The position numbers were made by a program, and so were the translations under genes. Below the pieces are notes generated by a model. It saw only the letters and a list, made by a program, of their open reading frames with translations, had not been told where the DNA came from and ran no database searches. A stretch of 55,713 nt of DNA from Acidobacteriota bacterium (lineage in GTDB: Bacteria; Acidobacteriota; Terriglobia; Terriglobales; Acidobacteriaceae): NCBI GenBank assembly GCA_021828835.1, contig JAJZCY010000001.1:1-55713 (forward strand), given 5' to 3'. Shown piece after piece: positions 51,663-55,713 of this stretch; within the stretch, counting starts at the first letter, position 1; each line of letters opens with the position of its first letter.

Positions 51663-51875
51663 CATTCCCCGATGCAACAAGGTTTCGCGCCGGGCGCATC
51701 GGATATGGGTAGCAAGGGTCAAGCTGATGAGCTGTCCAATGACCCCGCTACAGACGGGAGCGCTGTACGTGTGCAACGGCTCCCCTGGCTCATCAATCCA
51801 GTTCCCGCAAGACCCCGGCGTTGACGCTGCGGGTGTGCCCGGGCCCACGAAGGAGGCACCGCCATCGCCGACCTG

Positions 51876-52784
51876 ATGGTTTCTTCCCCGCCATCGAGAC
51901 GATCCACTTTAACCCGCCGCCAGTTTTTCAAGGCCAGCGTTACTTCTGTCTACGGGCTGGCGCTCTACGGTTGCGTCATCGATCGTCACTGGCTGCAGAT
52001 CGTCCACAGCGATGTCTACCTTCCCGGCCTGCCGCCGGAGTTCGAGGGCTATCGCGTCGCCCAGCTCAGCGACATTCACATCGACGAGTTCACCGAGCCC
52101 TTCTTCGTTCGCGAAGCGGTCGACCGCATCAATGCCCTCAATCCCGATGCCGTCTTCCTCACCGGCGATTTTGTCAGCCATCAACTGGAGACTCTGAAGT
52201 TTGCCGAGGGCTCCGCCTGGCAGTGCGCCAACATCCTCACCGGGCTCAAGTGCCGCCGCCGCTATGCCATCTTCGGCAACCATGACGCCATGGTCGGCCT
52301 GCCCCTGGTGGGCGAGGCGCTTCGAGACAACGGCATCACCGTCCTGCAAAACAGCTATTTACCCATCCAGCGCGGCGGCGCCCGCGTGTGGCTCGCCGGC
52401 CTGGACGACGCCGTGATGGGATCGCCCGACCCCGACAAGGCGATTCCCCCCTCGATTCGCAATCGGCCCAACGAGCCGCTGATCCTGCTCTGCCACGAGC
52501 CCGATTACTCGGATACGGTTCTGCGCCATCCCGCCGGTCAGGCTGTCGATCTCATCCTCAGCGGCCATACCCACGGCGGCCAGATCCGGATTCCGTTCAT
52601 GAAGCCGTTCCATCTGCCCCCGCTCGGCCGCAAGTACGTCCACGGCTGGTTCAAGCTCGGCAAAGCGCAGCTTTACGTCAATCGCGGACTGGGCACGGTC
52701 GGCGTTCCGGTGCGCTTCGACTGCCCGCCGGAGATCACGCTGTTTACGCTCCGCCGCCAGCAGCCGGGGACGGAGAAGATCTAA
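51876..52784 (+). CDS. Calcineurin-like metallophosphoesterase (YkuE/YaeI type)
   Basis: DIH, GDFV, GNHD, HEPD, GHTHGGQ, VNRGLG; TRRQFFK N-terminus. Confidence 0.9.
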   Translation: MVSSPPSRRSTLTRRQFFKASVTSVYGLALYGCVIDRHWLQIVHSDVYLPGLPPEFEGYRVAQLSDIHIDEFTEPFFVREAVDRINALNPDAVFLTGDFVSHQLETLKFAEGSAWQCANILTGLKCRRRYAIFGNHDAMVGLPLVGEALRDNGITVLQNSYLPIQRGGARVWLAGLDDAVMGSPDPDKAIPPSIRNRPNEPLILLCHEPDYSDTVLRHPAGQAVDLILSGHTHGGQIRIPFMKPFHLPPLGRKYVHGWFKLGKAQLYVNRGLGTVGVPVRFDCPPEITLFTLRRQQPGTEKI

Positions 52785-52848
52785 ATTCCGTCGGGCTATG
52801 CCCGTTCCGCCTCTGCTTCTCGCATCCAACCCCTCGGGTAAGGCCCGG

Positions 52849-54252
52849 ATGTCTTTTCGTAGAATTCGTACTCTCTCTCTGGTGCTCCTGTTTCTGATCG
52901 GCAGCCGCTGGGCTTGCGCCTACGCGGTGCTCACCCACGAAGAGCTCATCGATCTCACCTGGCGGGACTCCATCGTTCCCCTGCTGCTCGCACGCTATCC
53001 GCACCTCACGGCGGCCCAGTTGCGCGAGGCGCGCGCCTACGCCTACGGCGGCTGCGTAATTCAAGACATCGGCTATTACCCCAGGGGCGACCGCTTCTTC
53101 TCCAACCTGACCCACTACGTGCGCTCCGGCGATTTCGTCGTCAATCTGTTTCGCGATGCCAAGACCCCCGATGAGCTGGCCTTCGCCGTGGGCGCGCTCT
53201 CCCATTACATCGGCGACTCCATCGGACATCCCGAGGCCACCAACATCGCCGTTCCGCTCGCGTTTCCTATGCTGAAGGAGCGGTATGGCCCGGTGGTCAA
53301 CTACGCGGAAGGCGAGCACCAGCACGTGCAGGTTGAGTTCGCCTTCGACATCGACCAGCTCGCGCATCAGCGCCTGGCGCCGCTGCGCTTCGAGCGCCGC
53401 GCGGGCTTCAAGGTGCCGGTGCATCAGCTTGCGCTGGCGTTCTATCAGACCTATGGCATCAGCGACTTCGTCGGCATTCACGAGCACTTCATCAAGGTGC
53501 GCGCCTATCGCTATGCCGTGCGCACGTTCATTCCCCATATTGCGTTCGCGGTGACCCTGCTGCATCGCCACGATGAGCCGCCCGATCCCGACACGCCCGA
53601 TACCCGCATCATTGAGAAGGAAGTCGCGCGGGTGGCCGCGCAAGACCACTGGAGCGCCTACCGCCACAAGCCCGGCTTTGAAACCCACGTGCTGGCCGTC
53701 TTGATCTTCATCCTGCCCAAAGTCGGTCCGCTGGCGCTGGTCAACATCAAGGGCCCCACCGAGCAGACCGAGGCCGATTACATGCACAGCCTGGTGCTCT
53801 CGCTGCACGCGCTGCGTGTGAGCCTGCATCGCTTTACGCCGCCGCGCCCCGGCGCGGATCCGCCGAATCGGAAGGTTGCCCCCGCTGCGCCGCTCCCCGT
53901 GGACACCCGCCGCGAGCGGCTACAGGGCAAAATCGATCCCCGGCATCCGCTGCCCAACCGCGATCTGGACACCGGCCACGTGGTGCAGCCCGGCGGCTAT
54001 CCGCTCACCGACAAGACCTACGCCGAACTGCTGCGCCATCTCGCCCGGCATCCACATCACCCCGTCCCACCGGGCATCGTGCGCAACATCGAGGCCTACT
54101 ACAGCGATCCCAACGCGCCGATTCACACCAAACTCAATCCCAAGCGCTGGGCCCAGGTGCAGAAGGATCTGAAGACCCTGGCGGCGATGCCCACCAGCGC
54201 CGAGCCGCAGCCCTATCCGACCTTTCCGGACAACGCCGCCGACGACGAGTAG
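52849..54252 (+). CDS. Zinc-dependent phospholipase C family protein
   Basis: Signal peptide then YAVLTHE, AYGG..IQD.GYYP, NLTHY.RSG, GALSHY..D..GH, H..VEF.FD. Confidence 0.78.
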   Translation: MSFRRIRTLSLVLLFLIGSRWACAYAVLTHEELIDLTWRDSIVPLLLARYPHLTAAQLREARAYAYGGCVIQDIGYYPRGDRFFSNLTHYVRSGDFVVNLFRDAKTPDELAFAVGALSHYIGDSIGHPEATNIAVPLAFPMLKERYGPVVNYAEGEHQHVQVEFAFDIDQLAHQRLAPLRFERRAGFKVPVHQLALAFYQTYGISDFVGIHEHFIKVRAYRYAVRTFIPHIAFAVTLLHRHDEPPDPDTPDTRIIEKEVARVAAQDHWSAYRHKPGFETHVLAVLIFILPKVGPLALVNIKGPTEQTEADYMHSLVLSLHALRVSLHRFTPPRPGADPPNRKVAPAAPLPVDTRRERLQGKIDPRHPLPNRDLDTGHVVQPGGYPLTDKTYAELLRHLARHPHHPVPPGIVRNIEAYYSDPNAPIHTKLNPKRWAQVQKDLKTLAAMPTSAEPQPYPTFPDNAADDE

Positions 54253-54293
54253 CTGGCCGGCTTCCGAGATTTCAGTGGAAAGGGGAGGATCTG

Positions 54294-54334
54294 TGGCGTC
54301 CCAGGTCCCCGCATCCGGAGACCTGGAAAACCAC
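54294..54334 (+). repeat. Degenerate hairpin module of the REP-like family
   Basis: GGCGTCCCAGGTCCCCGCATCCGGAGACCTGGAAAACCAC between convergent genes. Confidence 0.7.
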
Positions 54335-54352
54335 GTCTTGCGGGGATTACGA

Positions 54353-55090
54353 CTAGAACGAGTTGCTCTGCCGCCCTTCCCCATCGCCGGGGCGGGGAAC
54401 TACGGCCAGCGAGCGCTGCCCGGTGGCGCGCAGCGGCTGCGGCTGGGCCGTGAGCGTCTGGTGCATGGTGACGATGATCGCTCCCGCGGGCTTGCGCCCT
54501 ACGCACTGGTAGGAGTGCGGCGTGCCGGCATCGAAGTAGGCCGAGTCGCCCGCTTCCAGAATGCTTTCCTGCTCGGCGTGACGCAGCGAAAGCTCGCCGT
54601 GCAGCACGTACAGGAACTCGAAGCCGGGATGGATATGCGCCTTCGGTTCCGTGCTGTTCTCGAGCGGCACGAACTCCGCGTAGTACGGGTCCATGTGCCG
54701 GTCGGGAACCATGTAGCCCAGGCTTTCGAAGTAGTAGGTCGGCGGGTCCACGCCGGTCTGCGGCATGCGCACCCGTTCGGCGCGCCGGTGCACCCGGAAG
54801 ATCGGGGCCGGCTCGGAATCGAAGAAATAAGAAAGGTCTTTCGAAAAGACCATGGCGATGCGCGCCAGGTTACGCAGCGTGGGAACCACGCGGCCGGTTT
54901 CCAGTTGGGACAGAAAACTTGCGGACAGCCCCGTGTGCTTGCCCAGTTCCACGAGCCCCATCGACTTCTTGAGCCGGAGCCGGCGGATGCGCTCGCCAAT
55001 CCGCTTTTCCTCGATAACCCGCTCAGCCGTCTCGGGATCCGCCTGGGTTTTCTGCACTTCCTCGCTCTTGATCTCCAGCGGTTCGCCCAT
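54353..55090 (-). CDS. XRE-family HTH plus cupin transcriptional regulator
   Basis: IG.RIR.LR......L..L...TGLS.SFLSQLE.G...P; cupin H.HPGFEFLYVL.G, GDS.YFDA..PH. Confidence 0.9.
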   Translation of the reverse strand: MGEPLEIKSEEVQKTQADPETAERVIEEKRIGERIRRLRLKKSMGLVELGKHTGLSASFLSQLETGRVVPTLRNLARIAMVFSKDLSYFFDSEPAPIFRVHRRAERVRMPQTGVDPPTYYFESLGYMVPDRHMDPYYAEFVPLENSTEPKAHIHPGFEFLYVLHGELSLRHAEQESILEAGDSAYFDAGTPHSYQCVGRKPAGAIIVTMHQTLTAQPQPLRATGQRSLAVVPRPGDGEGRQSNSF

Positions 55091-55300
55091 CGTTCCTCCC
55101 GTTCTAAAACATAGGATGCGCCGAGCCGGTAGGTTTGTCCAGATGAACAAAAGTTGTTGTCAGGTAAAAACCTGATGCGAGGGCTCCGCAGAACCTGATG
55201 CCGCTGTCGGTGCTGCCGATCGCTCCAGGGAGAAGGCGGCTCAAAGTCCAGTGGCTGGGGCACACGGCCGGCCCACCCAAGCTGTCCAGCCACAGACGAG

Positions 55301-55347
55301 GGGTGCCCCATCCAAGCCGCGCTCTTTGCGGCTTGGGTGGGAACCAC
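55301..55347 (+). repeat. Hairpin module of the REP-like family
   Basis: GGGTGCCCCATCCAAGCCGC-GCTCTTT-GCGGCTTGGGTGGGAACCAC; stem shared with 34124. Confidence 0.85.
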
Positions 55348-55449
55348 TGAACTGAACCCGCCCAGAACAATGCGTCATCCAGGCCTTGCTCGCCGTTTAC
55401 GCATCATCGCCGAGTTACTCGCCGACACGGACAGCTCCTCAAAGATCGG

Positions 55450-55534
55450 GCCGGTGGCCCGGTTCTCCGAGGATTCTGACTGAGCCGCCGCCTTTGGGTG
55501 CCCCGGATCTCGATTTTGAGACCCGGGAGACCAC
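55450..55534 (+). mobile_element. Complete head-spacer-hairpin REP-like element
   Basis: GCCGGTGGCCC, 35 nt, GGGTGCCCCGGATCTCGATTTTGAGACCCGGGAGACCAC. Confidence 0.75.
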
Positions 55535-55653
55535 CGCACTCAATGGCAGGCTGTGTCGCTCTGCCGGCGGATGCGGACCACGGGCGACGAGTGCACGAGT
55601 GGCCTGTCGCAGTGAGTCCGTTACCACCCTCGCGCCGTAGGCGCATAGCTCGT

Positions 55654-55713
55654 TAGCCCCGCGCTTCAGCGTGGGGAAAGCATCAACAATCCGGAGAAGT
55701 CCCGTAGGGACGG
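55654..55713 (+). repeat. Two-hairpin palindromic repeat (CCCCGCGC-TTCA-GCGTGGGG ... GTCCC-GTA-GGGAC), probably continuing past the window
   Basis: Both stems are read directly; resemblance to Y1-transposase-associated repeats is from recall. Confidence 0.5.

Noticed and set aside
55095-55300. Riboswitch upstream of the XRE-cupin gene
   Set aside because: Only short hairpins (e.g. TCAGGT-AAAA-ACCTGA, possibly an operator); no known aptamer consensus recognised.

Overview
GC-rich bacterial chromosomal window; gene content suggests Acidobacteriaceae (inference). Mostly housekeeping genes: katG, ric plus a Crp regulator, rfbD, cysteine desulfurase-mnmA, topA-dprA, mqnA, kdsD, proS, a class A PBP, lhr-nei, ispDF, tilS-ftsH and ruvA. 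Apparent accessory genes include vapBC, a PAP2-like membrane protein and a low-GC HNH-type nuclease. I recognised no rRNA, tRNA, CRISPR array or transposase. The most notable signal is non-coding: a recurrent element built as head (GC[A/G/C]GGTGGCC[C]), 24-38 nt variable spacer, foot (G[G/A]GTGCCCC), hairpin, tail (GGGA(G/A)ACCAC-like). Where paired copies can be compared, junctions map to the outer edge of the head (47797, 47913, 48281/48282, 34079). At 34079 the head abuts a stranded, diverged copy of the last 10 codons plus stop of nei, as if the gene tail had been replaced by another allele. The elements also stack into a ~1 kb nested array in front of the HNH gene, sit beside vapBC, and one hairpin lies in frame inside lhr. 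My inference is a one-ended, non-autonomous REP-like system (possibly HUH-driven) that moves flanking DNA; the enzyme is not in this window. Other notable items: a low-GC ProRS editing domain, 7/8-mer repeats in promoters and Lhr loops, a class II CRP-type promoter, a possible LexA box and several apparently leaderless genes.
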